This document shows, piece by piece, positions 38,585 through 52,043 of a DNA stretch of 64,000 nt; positions within the stretch are counted from its first letter, which is position 1, and each line of letters opens with the position of its first letter. The notes beneath the pieces were generated by a model. It saw nothing but the letters and a program-made list of their open reading frames with translations. It had not been told where the DNA came from and made no database searches. The stretch is from Felis catus (taxonomy: Eukaryota). The stretch is taken from assembly GCF_018350175.1 (NCBI RefSeq), contig NC_058383.1, forward strand, positions 14,696,001-14,760,000, given 5' to 3'. The translations under genes were made by a program, and so were the position numbers.

Positions 38585-38690
38585 ACATCTCGGAGCCTCG
38601 AGTTTCCACATCTGTCAAATGGTACCAATAACTCAGCCCTCTCAGGTTTCCAAAGATTAAAGGAGGTTGCGTATGTCAACAGCTTTCTCA
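38585..38690 (+). mobile_element. MIR fragment
   Basis: gagcctcgagtttccacatctgtcaaatgg. Confidence 0.7.
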
Positions 38691-39239
38691 CGAGGAGAAC
38701 TTGAGGCATGTCAAGGCTCTTGTTCCTTTGTTTTGCATTCAAGCACTGGAATTAAAAAACGTGAAAGAATAGACCGTTCGCCCCGGGCCTGAAATTCTCA
38801 AAGAAGGTATGGGGGCCAAAGATCTCCCCAGGCAGAAAATGCATGTCCCCCAAAGGGAGAAGGCAGGCCTGATCCAGCTTTGATCGGGGACCCTGGCTGA
38901 GACTCACCATGGAAGAGTCATTCTTGGGGTCCACCTGATTCTCAGTCCAGACCCTGGCCCCTTGGAATGCCGTCCATCTCCTAAGGCCAAGTCCTCCCTC
39001 CTTTGTAAGATAATCTCAGGCCTCCTCGCTTGCAATCTCCATGGTTTGCCCAGTTCTCCCACCTTTTTAAAAAATTTTTTTTGGTTTCACTATAAAATAT
39101 ACTTGAGAGTTTGCCATAGTTTATTTTGTGTGTGCTTCTTGGATTCATCTTGATTGATCTATGAGATTTTGGAGAACAAGAAATATGTAGTTTCATCTTT
39201 GTATCCCTATACTGCCCTGTAATAATATGGGTTGTTTTT

Positions 39240-39447
39240 TTTGTGTGTTTTTTAAAAAAATGCTTAATGTTTATTTTCGAGAGAGAGAGAGAATGAGCGG
39301 GGAAGGGGCAGAGAGAGGGAGACACTGGATCTGAGTCAGGCTCCGGGCTCTGAGCTGTCAGCACTCGACAGCTCGAACCCACGGACCATGAGATCATGAC
39401 CTGAGCTGAAGTCGGACGCTTAACCGACTAAGCCACCCAGGCGCCCC
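39240..39447 (-). mobile_element. CAN-SINE
   Basis: Reverse SINE with small internal deletion. Confidence 0.93.
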
Positions 39448-39779
39448 ATGATATCTGCTTTTTGAATAAAATATATTTCCAGCTCTTACCTCACCATCCA
39501 TCGAAAGCCAATCCTATAAATAAGCAACGAGAGCTGCCGTGGCCATCATCACCTAAGCCTTGGATGCTGCAGCACTTAACAGACCTCTTCTCTTCAAACT
39601 GGCCTCCCGGGTTCATCTTCTTCAAATGCCGTTTTAAGATACCATATTCAAATTTCCCATTCAAATTCTTTGCAAGGTGCAAACTTGAAAGCCCTGAAGG
39701 TAAGGGTCTCCACCTTACCTCCAATCCAATCCAGCTTTTTAAACTCATTTAACCCATGCATTCCCAAACCAGTAAGGCT

Positions 39780-39960
39780 GACTCATTCACTTATTCATTG
39801 ATTTTTTTTTTTTATTCATTCCTTCAAGTAGGGTTGAGTGCCTATTATATGCCAGCCATTGTGTTAGGCGATAGGGATCTTTATACAAAGATATCATCCC
39901 TGATCTCAATGCCGTAGCCATCTGGTGGGCTGGCAGAAAGTAAAGGGCCTATTCCAATTC
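39780..39960 (-). mobile_element. L2 3' end
   Basis: cattcacttattcatt...ttgagtgcctattatatgccagccattgtgttagg. Confidence 0.7.
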
Positions 39961-40252
39961 TAAGTGATAAGACTTACTGGGGTACAGAGGAGCCAATACC
40001 CAAATTGGCCTGAGGGAATCAGCCAAGGGTTGGCAGAAAAGAGACCAGAGTACAGTGGTTTCCCAGAAAGACCCCACGCACTGGGTAAAGAGAGGCCATT
40101 TGAGACAGAGAGAAAAGAATACGCAGAAAAATTAAGGACGTCATGAGAATATGGTATAAACTCACGAGTGGCTCCGGACGACCCAGCTGGGAGCTAAACT
40201 CAAACACAAGGGGGATCTCCAAGGTTTGTGATGTGGTATTTATTACCTATGT

Positions 40253-40551
40253 CAGTATTTCTCAACTTGTGTTCTGGAACCAGGTTCTGAGAGACATCAG
40301 GCAGAATACTAAGGCCAGAAACATTTTTAAAGGGTTCTGCGGTCAAAAAAAGTTTGCAAAGAAAATACGTGCTTCCCCCCCACCCCCCACTTGGAAAGTT
40401 ACAATGTTCATAAGCGTATTGACGGTTCTGCTAAGCCTTGCAATAAAACAAGCTATTTAAAGGGTCCCAAACTTATTTATCCAAAGAAAATGACACCACC
40501 ATATGTCTCCTGCAGGATGGAATCCAAGGACCGACAGATTTGGAAGTGCCG
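40253..40551. mobile_element. MER103-like hAT-Charlie MITE
   Basis: gggttctgcggtcaaaaaagtttg ... cccaaacttattt internal inverted structure. Confidence 0.6.
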
Positions 40552-40599
40552 GTCTATACGCTACCACACCTCATGAGGCACATCTGTCCTGGCCCGTAA

Positions 40600-40760
40600 A
40601 TTGAAGGCATGAACTTCACATACAAACACACACAGATTTGAATCCTGTTTCCAACACTTCCTTCCTGTTTGAACTTGGACAAAGGCCCATCTTTGATGGA
40701 CCTTTTACTCGCCTATAAAATGGGCATAAAATATGCTTTCTCCACAGGGTGGTTTCACTG
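40600..40760 (+). mobile_element. MIR fragment
   Basis: tttgaatcctg...aacttggacaa...ctataaaatggg. Confidence 0.6.
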
Positions 40761-41069
40761 AGGCCTTCCGCCTGACCCAGAATATGTGCTTAAAGAATTT
40801 CCTTTCATTTATTATTGGTTTAATAGTTACGAATCTAATCTATCAGCCAAAATAACCATAAGAACCTTATGAGGAATATAGCTTTGCTCACCGAATTTCC
40901 AGCGTTCTGGCAAAGCTTCTCCACAATGTCTCTTAAAAGATTCTCATTTAATGATACTCAAAACTGAGCACAAAAGGATTCTCTGAAATACTGCAATTAG
41001 AAAAATTGCGATAGAAAGAAGAAAAAGCAACCCAATCCACACATCGTTAGGAGCGTACTGATTTTCTCT

Positions 41070-41284
41070 TTTTTTTTTTTTAATGTTTATTTATTTTTGA
41101 GACAGAGAGAGACAGAGCATGAACGGGGGAGGGGCAGAGAGAGAGGGAGACACAGAATCGGAAACAAGGTCCAGGCTCTGAGCCATCAGCCCAGAGCCCG
41201 ACGCGGGGCTCGAACTCACGGACCGCGAGATCGTGACCTGAGCTGAAGTCGGACGCTCAACCGACTGAGCCACCCAGGCGCCCC
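41070..41284 (-). mobile_element. CAN-SINE
   Basis: Near-consensus; TSD agga(gc/at)gtactgattttct. Confidence 0.97.
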
Positions 41285-41364
41285 AGGAATGTACTGATTT
41301 TCTTAAATGAGGTATTCTAATGTTCACAGTGACTCCATACCCTCTAGTGACTGAAAACTAAGTT

Positions 41365-41810
41365 ATGTATATACTCAATGGAATACTACTTGGCGATCAA
41401 AAAGAATGAAATCCGGCCCCTTGCCCACAACGTGTACAGAACCGGAGTGTATTTTGCTAAGTGAAATAAGTCGGTCCGAGAAAGACAAATATGATTTCAT
41501 TCATATGTGGAATTTAAGAAACACAACAGATGAACATAGGGGAAGGGAGGGAAAAATAAGATAAAATCAGAGAGGGAGGCAAACCATAAGAGACCCTTAC
41601 ATACAGAGAGTGAACTGAGGGTTGCTGGGGGGGGGGTGTCGGTGGGGGGATGGGCTAAGTGGGCGAGGGGCATTAAGGAGGGCGCTTGTTGGGACAGGCG
41701 CTGGGTGTCCTATGGAAGCGATGAATCACTGGGTTCTACTCCTGAAACCAACACGACATTGTATGTGAACTAACTTGAATTTAAATAAATCAATTACAAA
41801 GAAAAATATA
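41365..41810 (+). mobile_element. Carnivore L1 3' end (5'-truncated)
   Basis: aatggaatactact...gagagggaggcaaaccataagagac...gatgaatcactgggttctactcctgaaacc. Confidence 0.9.
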
Positions 41811-42629
41811 GAAAAACAAACCACATAAAATACGGTCCTAAAAAGAGAAATATTTGCCATGTGAAGATGAAGATTATAGCCGATCAGAGTTGATAGGAAT
41901 TTTAATACACAGGTTTTTAAAAAAGCAGACGAAGAAATGCTCTTCCGTGTGTGGCCTGGGACACATGCTCTGTCCTTGGCCTCGAAAACCCTTTGCTTTG
42001 GCCCTGTGGAAACTCTCACACATCCTTGAAGACTCAGCCCAAGCATCACTGCCTTCGTAAAGTCATCCTTGATTCCCCAGCTTGGGTTAGGTAACACCCC
42101 CCGGGCTCCTATAATATCCGTGGACACTTCCATTAGGCAACATCCACTGCATTCTTACCACGTGGTTGCTATGGCCACAGCACTGGAGACGTAATTGATG
42201 GCCAAATAGAGGCAGTCCTGACCTCAGAGCTTATGGTCTGATAGGACAGCAGACACCTTTTAGATAAACAGACAAAAAACGTATTGCAAATTGAGCAAGT
42301 GCTGTGAGGCAATAGAGGAGACCTAATAGAGAATCAAGGGGGTTCTGTGTTACTTGTTCACCTTGCCATCTCCTCCACTGGCTGTGAAATATTTGAGTGC
42401 AACCCTGTGCACATCTGTACCCCTTGGCACGGTATTGTGGCACAGTGCATTGAAGTTGGCGTGCATTACCTCTTGAATGAATGAATGAGCGAATGAATCA
42501 ATGAATTCAATGAGTTAAAACTGAGACACATAGGGTTTGCCTAAGCTGACAACTAATTAGTTACAATTTTGACTACTACCGTTGTTTAAAGGGGGAGAAT
42601 ACTTGTAAACATATACATATATATGTATA

Positions 42630-42682
42630 TTTTTAAATGTTCATTTATTTATTTTTGAGAGAGCGAGAGAGGGTGAACAGGG

Positions 42683-42728
<46 letters not shown>

Positions 42729-42758
42729 CCCAAGCAGGCTCCGCACTGTCAGTGCAGA
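42630..42758 (-). mobile_element. 5'-truncated CAN-SINE with (GA)n
   Basis: Tail and GA tract present; stops at gcactgtcagtgcaga. Confidence 0.85.
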
Positions 42759-43339
42759 AAACAACTTCTGCCACTCGATTTCCAGTCCTAGGCAACGGGT
42801 AATTGTTTGGTGCCCTTTCTTGACTCCTGGCCCAGCTCTGGCTGCTGTTTGCCGCGAAAAAACGAGTGAGTAGCCACACAGTGGGCTTCATGCAGCACGA
42901 CGCAGCGAAGACGCTCTTTACGCACATCTGTTCTCTAGGACGGAAAGAGCCCATAGCCAACCTCAGGGCAATTACTACTGTGTTCTGTTGATACTTGGTT
43001 TTATTTGGCTCCTTGGTTCTCCCAGACCCTGTAGAATCGCAAACATCATCAATGGCTTCCAACTAGAGCTGGCTGGAAGGAAGAATACGTTTTATTTGGA
43101 GAATGGTGGCTCCCCACGCACTTGTGATAAAAGAGGAAGGAGACGTGTGGATTTGTCCAATAACCTCAACTGTGTGTCGTGCAAGCGGGGTCCGGACAGA
43201 AGACTCACTCCATGATTCCGAATCCTTCATGAAAATGATTCCATCGGCAGCCCACACTTGCCTGACTTCCTTGTGATTCTGTGGGGCAGACAGTGTGATT
43301 ACCTAATTTAAATAAAGAGCTAGCTCATTGCTGGGTTTT

Positions 43340-43341
43340 TT

Positions 43342-43405
<64 letters not shown>

Positions 43406-43490
43406 TCCTTCCTTCCTTCCTTCCTTCCTTCCTTCCTTCCTTCCTTCCTTCCTTTCTTTCTTTCTTTCTTTCTTTCTTTTTCTTTCTTTC
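43340..43490. repeat. (TTTC)n(TTCC)n compound microsatellite
   Basis: ~150-bp pure pyrimidine tract. Confidence 0.97.
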
Positions 43491-44729
43491 TGCCAAGAAG
43501 ATTTAGAGCAGTGACCTGGCTCAGGGATAATATTCTCATAGAATTCTCAGATTCAGTGAAAAATTAGGAAGTGCACATAAGGACGTTCACATCCCTCCTG
43601 GAGAGAGCCCGACAGAGAGGCACACACATTTTTTAGAGCATCACAAAAGATAACACCGCTCCCTCCCCCAACAGCGCTTGATTTTTAAAAGTCACCAATG
43701 TCAGCACTGCCTTTAATGAGTCTGTAACCAGAAGTTTGCACCCGAAGACTAGGATTTCAGGGTTTTCTTTTTCTACAGCAGCTGACAGAACTCACTCCCC
43801 ACCTCAGAACCTGGTTTTCCAGGTACAGACTACATTTTTTTTTGGTGGAAGACATGACGTGACATGATTTCCAAAACTTGAATACAATATTTAACACATA
43901 CACAAGAATGTGTGTATGTTGTGTTTTTTTTTTGCAAAGCTATGAAGCATAATGGACCAAACACCTGGGTACAAACACCCATGAAGCCATTATCCGTTAC
44001 CATCTCAAAAGCCAGGATACCACCAATGTACGTGAATTTCTAGAGACTCTGTGGCCCCATCCACCGCGCATTATCTCAGATAAATCCATATGTGAAGTTG
44101 CTGTTTCTAATTCCTTGCTCTTAAATAGCTCTACCTTACTTTGTTTTTCCTCTCTATACTGTTTCTGTTTTATTCTGTCTGCCTTCGTGATTTCTCTTTA
44201 GATTGTCAGCAACTGGACTATGGTATTTACCTTCACATAATACAATGATACACTCAACCCGACAACAGTATCCTTTCAACTGTTCCCTCGTATCGTTTCT
44301 TCTACTGCCATCATATGTTTAACTTCACATGTGCTACAAACACAACACCTTAGGACTATTTTTGCTTTAAAGGGTCAATTTTTAAAAAGGGATTAAAAAA
44401 ATGTAATTCATATCACCCTGCACTTCAGGACAGAAATCTTCATTTCTTTATGTAAACCCACGTTTCTCTCGCCATCTTGTTTGTTCTGCTTTGGGACTGT
44501 CCTTTGCCATTTTTTACAGCACAGGTCTGCTGGCAATAAATTCTCAAGGCCCTTTTCGTCTGGAAAAGCCATTATTTTGCCTTTGATTTCAGAAACTATT
44601 ATCACAGGGCATAGAATTCTGGATTGACAGAATCTTTTCTGTCATTTTAGAGATGTCACTTCTTGTTTCCGATCTACATAGCTTCTACCAAGGGGCCTAT
44701 CGTGACGCTTATCTTTTTTAAAATCATTT

Positions 44730-45703
44730 TTAAGTATTAATTAATTTAATTTTAATTCCAGTGTAGTTAACATTCAGTGCCATATTAGTTTCAGGTGTAC
44801 AATACAGTGATTCATCAATTCCAAACATCACCGTGTGCTCATCACAAGCCCACTCCTTAATCCCCATCACCTATTTCAGCCGTTCCCACCCCCTCGGGTA
44901 ACCATGTTTTTCCTACAGTTAAGAGTCTGTGTTTGGGTTTGCCTCTACCTTTTTTTCCCTTTGTTTGTTTTTTGTTTCTCCAATTCCACATGTGTGAAAT
45001 CATATGGTTATTTGTCTTTCTCTGACTGGCTTATTTCATTTAACATTATACTTTCTAGATCCATCCAGGTTGTTGCAAATGGCAAGATTTTATCCTTTTT
45101 TATGGCTGATTCATATTCCATTGTGTATATATGTATATACCGCATGTTCTTTATCCACTGATCTATCGATGGACACCTGGGCTGTCTCCATAATTTGGTT
45201 ATCATAAATAATGCTGCAATAAACATAGAGGTACATATATCTCTTTGAATTAGCGTTTTTGTATTCTTTGGGTAAATACCCAATATTGCAATCATATGGT
45301 AGTTCTATTTTTAATTTTTTGAGGAACCTCCATACTGTCTTCCACAGTGGCTGCCCCAGTTTCCATGCCCTCCAACAGTGCACGAGGGTTTCCTTTTCTC
45401 CACATCCTCACCAACATTTGTTATTTCCTGTGGTTTTGATGTTAGCCATTGTGACAATGAGTTGGTACCTCATCGTGGGTTTGATCTGCATTTCCCTGAT
45501 GATGAGTGATGTTGAGCATGTTTTCATGAGTCTGTTGGCCATCTGGATGGCTTCTTTGGAGAAATATCTGTTCATGTCTTCTGCTCAGTTTTTAATTGGA
45601 TCACCTGGGGTTTTTGGTGTTGAGTTGTACAAGTTCTTTATTTATTTTGGATACTAACCTATCAAATACGTCATCTGCAAATATCTTGTCCCATTCACAG
45701 TAG
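44730..45703 (-). mobile_element. Carnivore L1 3' fragment (ORF2 C-terminus, disrupted)
   Basis: Minus-strand ORFs give L1 ORF2 motifs ([50 protein letters not shown]) in shifted frames. Confidence 0.93.
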
Positions 45704-46296
45704 GTGTGCATGTGTATGTACGGGTGTTATTCTGTGTGTCTTTTTCCTGCTTGGGGTTCAGGTCACTTATCTATCCCCTGCGTCTCAGCTCTGAAAGCAC
45801 CTTCCCAAGTTCTCTGTGATAAACAATGGAATTGCTTTGAGCATGTCTGTTTCGAAGTGAACACAATGGAGGTCCATGGAGCAGGGCCCGTGGGTATGTG
45901 CAAACCTATATTCTCAGGCTAGTTCACACTCACAATCTGGAAATTTGTTAGAAATTTTGGCCGAATTCTTTCCCACTAATCTGGCGCTGGGCCTCTCTCC
46001 CTCTGTGACCCCCTAGCGGTGACTCCGTGCTGTGTCCCATCTGTCCCTGGAGGTGTCTGTCTTTCCATACGCTTCGGGCTACGTGGTTGCTCTGGGGCGG
46101 GCTTCAACTCTCTGATGGATTCGAGAAGATTTGTAATTTTTGTAGTTACCCCAGATTTTTCTGGTTATTGCAATGAGAGTGAAGCTCTTTCCTGTTTCCC
46201 ATATCCTAGGCAGAAGAGGAAGTTCAACTATAATGCAAAATATTTTATTTTCTCCCCTTAATCTACTTGTTAGGTGCTAGGTAAATCCTCTGAAAC

Positions 46297-46506
46297 TTTT
46301 TTTTTTAAGGTTTATTTATTTTTGAAGGAGAGAGAGAGACAGAGTGTGAGTGGGGGAGGGGCAGAGAGGGAGACAGAGAATCCGAAGCAGCCTCCAGGCT
46401 TGAGCTGTCAGCACAGAGCCCGACGCAGGGCTCGAACCCATGAACCGTGAGATCATCACCTGAGCTGAAGTCAGATGCTTAACCGACTAAGCCACCCAGG
46501 CACCCC
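46297..46506 (-). mobile_element. CAN-SINE
   Basis: TSD cctctgaa(a/t)cttt. Confidence 0.95.
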
Positions 46507-46934
46507 AGGCCTCTGAATCTTTACTAATTTTTGTAAACTATTAATAATTTAGAGAAGTGTGTTAAAATTCCCTCCTATAATCGGCCAATTACTGTTCATA
46601 TTTTATCAATATTTTGCTTTATATATTTTGATATACGATAACATGTCACATACCACTTACGATAATAGGTACACGGAATTTTAAAAAATTCTCTCCTGTT
46701 GGTTAATTAAATAGTTTATGACCAAATACTGTCTCTCTTTGTGCTAATAGTGCTTTTTTCTCTTAAAATCTAATTTATCTGTTTTTTTATTAATATAGTC
46801 ACCCCATGTTTTTTCTGGTTATTCTTTGCATGTTATTTTTTTCTATCCTCTTATTTTCAGTCTATGTTCATATATTTTGGATGTGTCCCTTAAGTAGCAT
46901 TTGGCTGATCTGTTTAAGAAAAAAACAACCCGAC

Positions 46935-47150
46935 GGGGCGCCTGGGTGGCTCAGTCGGTTGGGCGTCCGACTTGGGCTCAGGTCACGCTCTCGTGGTTTG
47001 TGAGTTCGAGCCCCGCGTCGGGCTCTGTGCTGACAGCTCGGAGCCTGGAGCCTGCTTCAGATTCTGTGTCTCCCTCTCCTCTGGCCCTTCCCCTCTCGAG
47101 CTCTCTCTCTCCCAAAGATAAAAAAACATTAAAACAAAAAAAAAAAAGAA
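46935..47150 (+). mobile_element. CAN-SINE
   Basis: Flanking duplication aagaaaaaaacaacc(c/t)ga. Confidence 0.95.
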
Positions 47151-47741
47151 AAGAAAAAAACAACCTGATATGCTCTTTTTCCACAATAATTATTGAAGAT
47201 TTTAGAACTGGCTTATTGTAATGTCATTAATATTTCTGCCACTGAATACAGGTCAGAAATTCAGACCTAGAAGTCCACACTGAATTGTGTCATTACCTAG
47301 GACTTCTCCATCTCTGAAATTGTTAATTAAAATAGTTCTCAGACTTTGTTTTCTAATGAATGCTCTTCTGTGCTTCTCCCAATATATTGTCCTTTTGGTA
47401 ACATCGACACCCTTAGTCTCTTGGTTCTAAGTTCCGTCTGGCTTGATCACTCCCAGGCGAGATGGCTATAGTGCCCTCCCTCTTCTCTTTACCCCCAATC
47501 ATGCCACCTGTCGTTGTCATGCGTCCTCCATACTGTTGCCAGAGTGACCTAAGGTTCGAATACGATTGGGTCACACTGCCTTGCTTGCGATGCATCAATA
47601 AAATTGAGATCACACTGATGAGCATACATGCCCTGTGCTACCTGCACACTACCTATGTCTCTATTCTAGCTGTTTCTCTGCTGCCTCATTATTCCCCCCA
47701 TCAGAAACCTCCCGTAGTTCCATGAACTCACTGTGTTTTTG

Positions 47742-48450
47742 AAACAGCTTTACTGAGATATAATTCCCATACCATCCAGCTCACATATTTAAAACATAAC
47801 CACTCAATGGTTTCAGTATATTCACGAGGTTGTGCAACCCTCATGATTGTTTCTACAATTTTAGATTATACGCCAGCACTCATTATTTATGTGTCTAAAT
47901 TTGTCATTACGGCCATCCTAGCGTGCACAGAGAAGTATCTCATTGTGGTTTTGATGTGCATTTCCCTAATGGCACGACATTGAGCGTTTTTTTTCACGTC
48001 GTCATTGGCTGTTTGTATGTTTTCTTGGGGAACTGGCTTTTCAGATACTTTGCCCCATTTCTTTCGTTGGGTTGTGTGTCTTGTTATTCTTGGGTTGAAA
48101 GTGTTCTTTACATATTCTAGTTACAAGTCTTTTATCAGCTATAGGACTTAGGACTATATCATTTCCTCGTGTCGTTTGCCTCTTCACCGTCTTGGTTGTG
48201 TCATCTTACAATTTTCTAAATGAGGCTTTAAATGTTAATGAAGTCCAATTTATTTCATCTTTTGTCCCTTGTGCTGTTGGTGTCGCATCCAAGAAGGCTT
48301 CACCTAACCCCAAATTATGAAGATTCACTCCTTACTTTTCTTCTAACAGTTTTATAGTTTGGGCTCTTATATTTAGGTTGATGATCCATTTTGAGATCAT
48401 TGCCATGTCTGGTATGATGAAGGAGTCCAACTGCATTCTTGTGCACACCC
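47742..48450 (-). mobile_element. L1M 3' fragment
   Basis: cagctttactgagatataattc...tatctcattgtggttttgatgtgcatttccctaat. Confidence 0.75.
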
Positions 48451-48645
48451 CGTTGTCTCAACTCCTCACATTCTTGTGCGTCTCACATGCTGCTTCCTAT
48501 GCTCTTAAACTCCTTCCTTTCCCCTCTCCATTTTTAAAATTCTTACTTGCATTCCAGATGAAGCATAACCTAAGCCAAAGTCTTCTCCGACTTCCTGGTC
48601 TAATTTAAATGTCCTTTTCTGGTGCTTCTATAACATCGTGCATTC

Positions 48646-48871
48646 TTTTTTTTTTTTAATTTTTGTAATGTTTATTTATTTTTGAGAGAGACAGAGAGAC
48701 AGAGCCTGAGCGGGGGAGAGGCAGAAAGAGAGGGAGACACAGAATGTGAAGCAGGCTCCGGGCTCTGAGCTGTCGGCACAGAGCCCAATGTGGGGCTCGA
48801 ACTCATGAACCACAAGATCACGACCTGAGCCGGAGTCGGACACTTAACTGACTGGGCCACCCAGGCACCCC
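48646..48871 (-). mobile_element. CAN-SINE
   Basis: TSD atc(g/a)tgcattcttttt. Confidence 0.95.
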
Positions 48872-48894
48872 AATATCATGCATTCTTTTTAGAT

Positions 48895-49293
48895 CAAGCA
48901 TCTGTGACCTTTTTTTTTATGGGGGGGGGGGGTGGGTAAAGGGCCAGACAGTAAATATTTTAAGCTTTATATGCAGAGAGGCAAAAGTCAAGGATATTCT
49001 GTAAGTACTTAAACAGTGAGAGAGAAAACAAACTACCAAAAAAAGGAAAATAATGAAATTTAAAATGTAATAGTAATAGAGTGCTTTTTTGGTCATACAG
49101 ATTTATGAATGAGAAAAACCAAACTCTTTTTTGAGAGGAGATAATACCTTGCTTACTTGGGTTTCACATTTAGTATTCCCGATCATTAAGTTAATGGCAC
49201 ATGTTCATCTGCGAAAACCATTCTCAGCTTCGGGCCATACAAAAGCAGGTGGTGTGCTAGATTTGGCCGATGGACCACAATTTCTTGGCTTTG
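48895..49293. mobile_element. MER58-family hAT-Charlie element
   Basis: gtaaagggccagacagtaaatatttta...aaaaccattctcagcttcgggccatacaaaa. Confidence 0.8.
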
Positions 49294-49822
49294 TGATAGA
49301 TCAAAAGTTCCAGCCCCCTTCCAGACCTGACATACCTGTGGCATGGAGGGCAGTCCCAGCCATAACTGTGGATGGCTACAGAGGCATCCTCTTTGGGGAG
49401 GGTGGTGAGGAGGTTTGCAGTGGCAGGTGGTATAGACGAGCTTAATCAGTAGCCTTGCCAATGCTCCCGTATTATAGATTATAGAGTCTGGAGAGCTGGC
49501 ACTCATTATCTCTCAGCCTGTCTTATAACTAGGGGTCGGCCAACCTGAGGTACTCACTTGACCTGTTGATCTAGAAGTGAGAAGATGCGTGGGGAGGGGG
49601 GCAGGGCATGAGGCATGCAACCCGGTGTGGATTACGAACCTAGTGGTGTAATTCTGGAGCCGGAAGTTGTGGTAGCTGGTGTCAGCAGGTGGCTTCTAGA
49701 ATCACCGGCTTCCCTGTCATGGTAAAGGCAGTAGATTCTCTAGTGTGATATGGGAAGTGGTTCTTCGAAGCTGAACCTTTCCAGTAATACAGGGAGCTCT
49801 CTACTTCTCTAATAAGACTTTT

Positions 49823-50035
49823 CTTTTTAATTAAAGTTTTTGTTTGTTTGTTTAGAGAGCGCAAGAGAGCGCAAGCAAGTAGGGGAGGGGTAGAGAGAAA
49901 GAGAGAGAATCCCTGTGGGGATCCTCACTGTGGGTGCAGAGCCTGAGGTGGGGCTCGAACTCATGAACCGTGAGATCATGACCTGAGCTGTAATCAAGAG
50001 TCAGACGCTTAACTGACTGAGCCACTCAGGCGCCC
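49823..50035 (-). mobile_element. CAN-SINE (older subfamily)
   Basis: TSD cta(a/g)taagacttt. Confidence 0.92.
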
Positions 50036-50066
50036 AAGCCCTAGTAAGACTTTTAAAACTACATTA

Positions 50067-50291
50067 GGGGCACCTGGGTGGCTCAGTCGGTTAAGCATTG
50101 ACTTCAACTCAGGTCATGATCTCGCAGTCCGTGAGTTCGAGCCCCGCGTCGGGTTCTGTGCTGACAGCTCAGAGCCTGGAGCCTGTTTCAGATTCTGTGT
50201 CTCCCTCTCTCTGACCCTCCCCTGTTCATGCTCTGTCTCTCCCTGTCTCAAAAATAAATAAAACGTTAAAAAAATTTTTTTAAAAATAAAA
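50067..50291 (+). mobile_element. CAN-SINE
   Basis: Perfect TSD taaaactacatta. Confidence 0.96.
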
Positions 50292-50584
50292 TAAAACTAC
50301 ATTAAGTAGAATCTTTTGTCTTCCAACCTGACCACAACAGGTACATTAGAATCTAGGGGGGCATGGAAAGTTATTCTTATAAGCATCTTCCCCTTTGTAG
50401 TGCCAACTTTGCATAATTCCAGATAGTGCACATATCGTATTATAAAGAAATGGTTGGTTTTCTTATGTATTTTCTCCAATAGATTGCAAGAATCTTGTGA
50501 GCAGGCACTTTGGCTTAATCAATCCTGAATCACTGGTGCCTGGCGGTCAGTAAAAGCTCAGTGAGACACCTGAAGCATAAGCAA

Positions 50585-51700
50585 CAAAATAAAGAATAAA
50601 CAAGCGGGACTCCTTCAAACTAAAAAGCTTCTGCACAGAACAAGGAACAATCAACAACATGAAAAGACAACCTACGGAATGGGAGAAATATTTGCAAGCC
50701 ATGTATCCGATAAGGGGTTACCGTCCAAAATATACAAAGAACTCACAGCATTCAAGGAATTCAATAGCACAAACCCCACAAATAATCCAATTTTAAAAAA
50801 ATGAACAAAGGACCCGAATAGACATTTTCCCAAAAAAGATATACGATCGGCCCACAGGTACGCGTAAAGATGCCCCACATCAACAATCATTGGAAATGCA
50901 AAAACAAAACAAAACAAAACAAAACAAAACAAAAGGTGCAGCCACAGTAGAAAACAGTATGGAACGTCCTACTGTTTGATTCAGTGATTCCACTTCTGGG
51001 CATATATTTCCCCCAAAATAAAAACAGCATGTTGAAGGGATAGCTGTGTCTCCATGTTCACAGCAGCATTAGTGATGACAGTCGAGACACGGAAACAACC
51101 TAAGCATCCATCGGTGGATGATCGAGTAAGTTGTGGTAAGTCTGCGCAATGGACTATTACTCGGCCATGAAACAAGAAGGAAATCCTGTCATCTGTGATG
51201 ACAGAGATGAACCCTTAGGGCGTTAGGCTAAGTGAAATAAATCAGACTGAGAAAGACAAACACTGTATGATCTTAAGGGAGATTTTCCACTTACGTGTGG
51301 AATAAAAAAAAAAAAAACCTCATAAAAAAAGAGATCAGATTTGTGGTTCCCAGAAATGGGGGCTAGGGAAAGTGGATACTGGAGGAATATGGCCAAAAGG
51401 TACAAAGTTCCAGTTACAAGATGAATAAGTCCTAGAGATTTACTGTGGGATACTTGAAAGGTTGTTGAGAGTAAACCCTAAGAATTGCCATTGCAAGGAA
51501 AAAAAATTTTTTTTCTTTTTTCCTTTCTTTTCTTTCTTTCTTTTTTTTTTTTTTGTACCTGTATGAGATGATGCATGTTAACTAAACTCATTGTAACCAT
51601 CATTTCACCATGTATGTACGTCAAATCATTATGCTGGACACCTTAAACTGATACAGGACTGTAGGTCAATTACACCTCAATAAAACTGGGAAAAATTGCA
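50585..51700 (+). mobile_element. L1MA/MB-like 3' fragment
   Basis: aaactaaaaagcttctgcacag...aatgggagaaatatttgcaa...cctcaataaaactgg. Confidence 0.88.
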
Positions 51701-51736
51701 TTAAATTAATGCACAATCTGGCTATATAGGCACTCC

Positions 51737-52003
51737 TTTTTTTTTTTTAACGTTTATTTATTTTTGAGAGACAGAGAGAGCCAGAGCACGAGTGAAGAAG
51801 GGGCAGAGAGCGAGGGAGACATAGAATCTGAAGCAGGCTCCAGGGGGCGCTTGGGTGGCTCAGTCGGTTGAGCGTCCAACTTGGGCTCGGGTCATGATCT
51901 CTCAGTCTGTGAGTTCAAGCCCTGCGTCAGGCTCTGTGCTGACAGCTCAGAGCCTGGAGCCTGCTTCGGATTCTGTGTCTCCCTCTCTCTCTGCCCCTCC
52001 CCC

Positions 52004-52043
<40 letters not shown>

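Noticed and set aside
45008..45657. L1 ORF2-like peptides as an active retrotransposon
   Set aside because: Under 1 kb, frameshifted and lacking endonuclease and RT domains.
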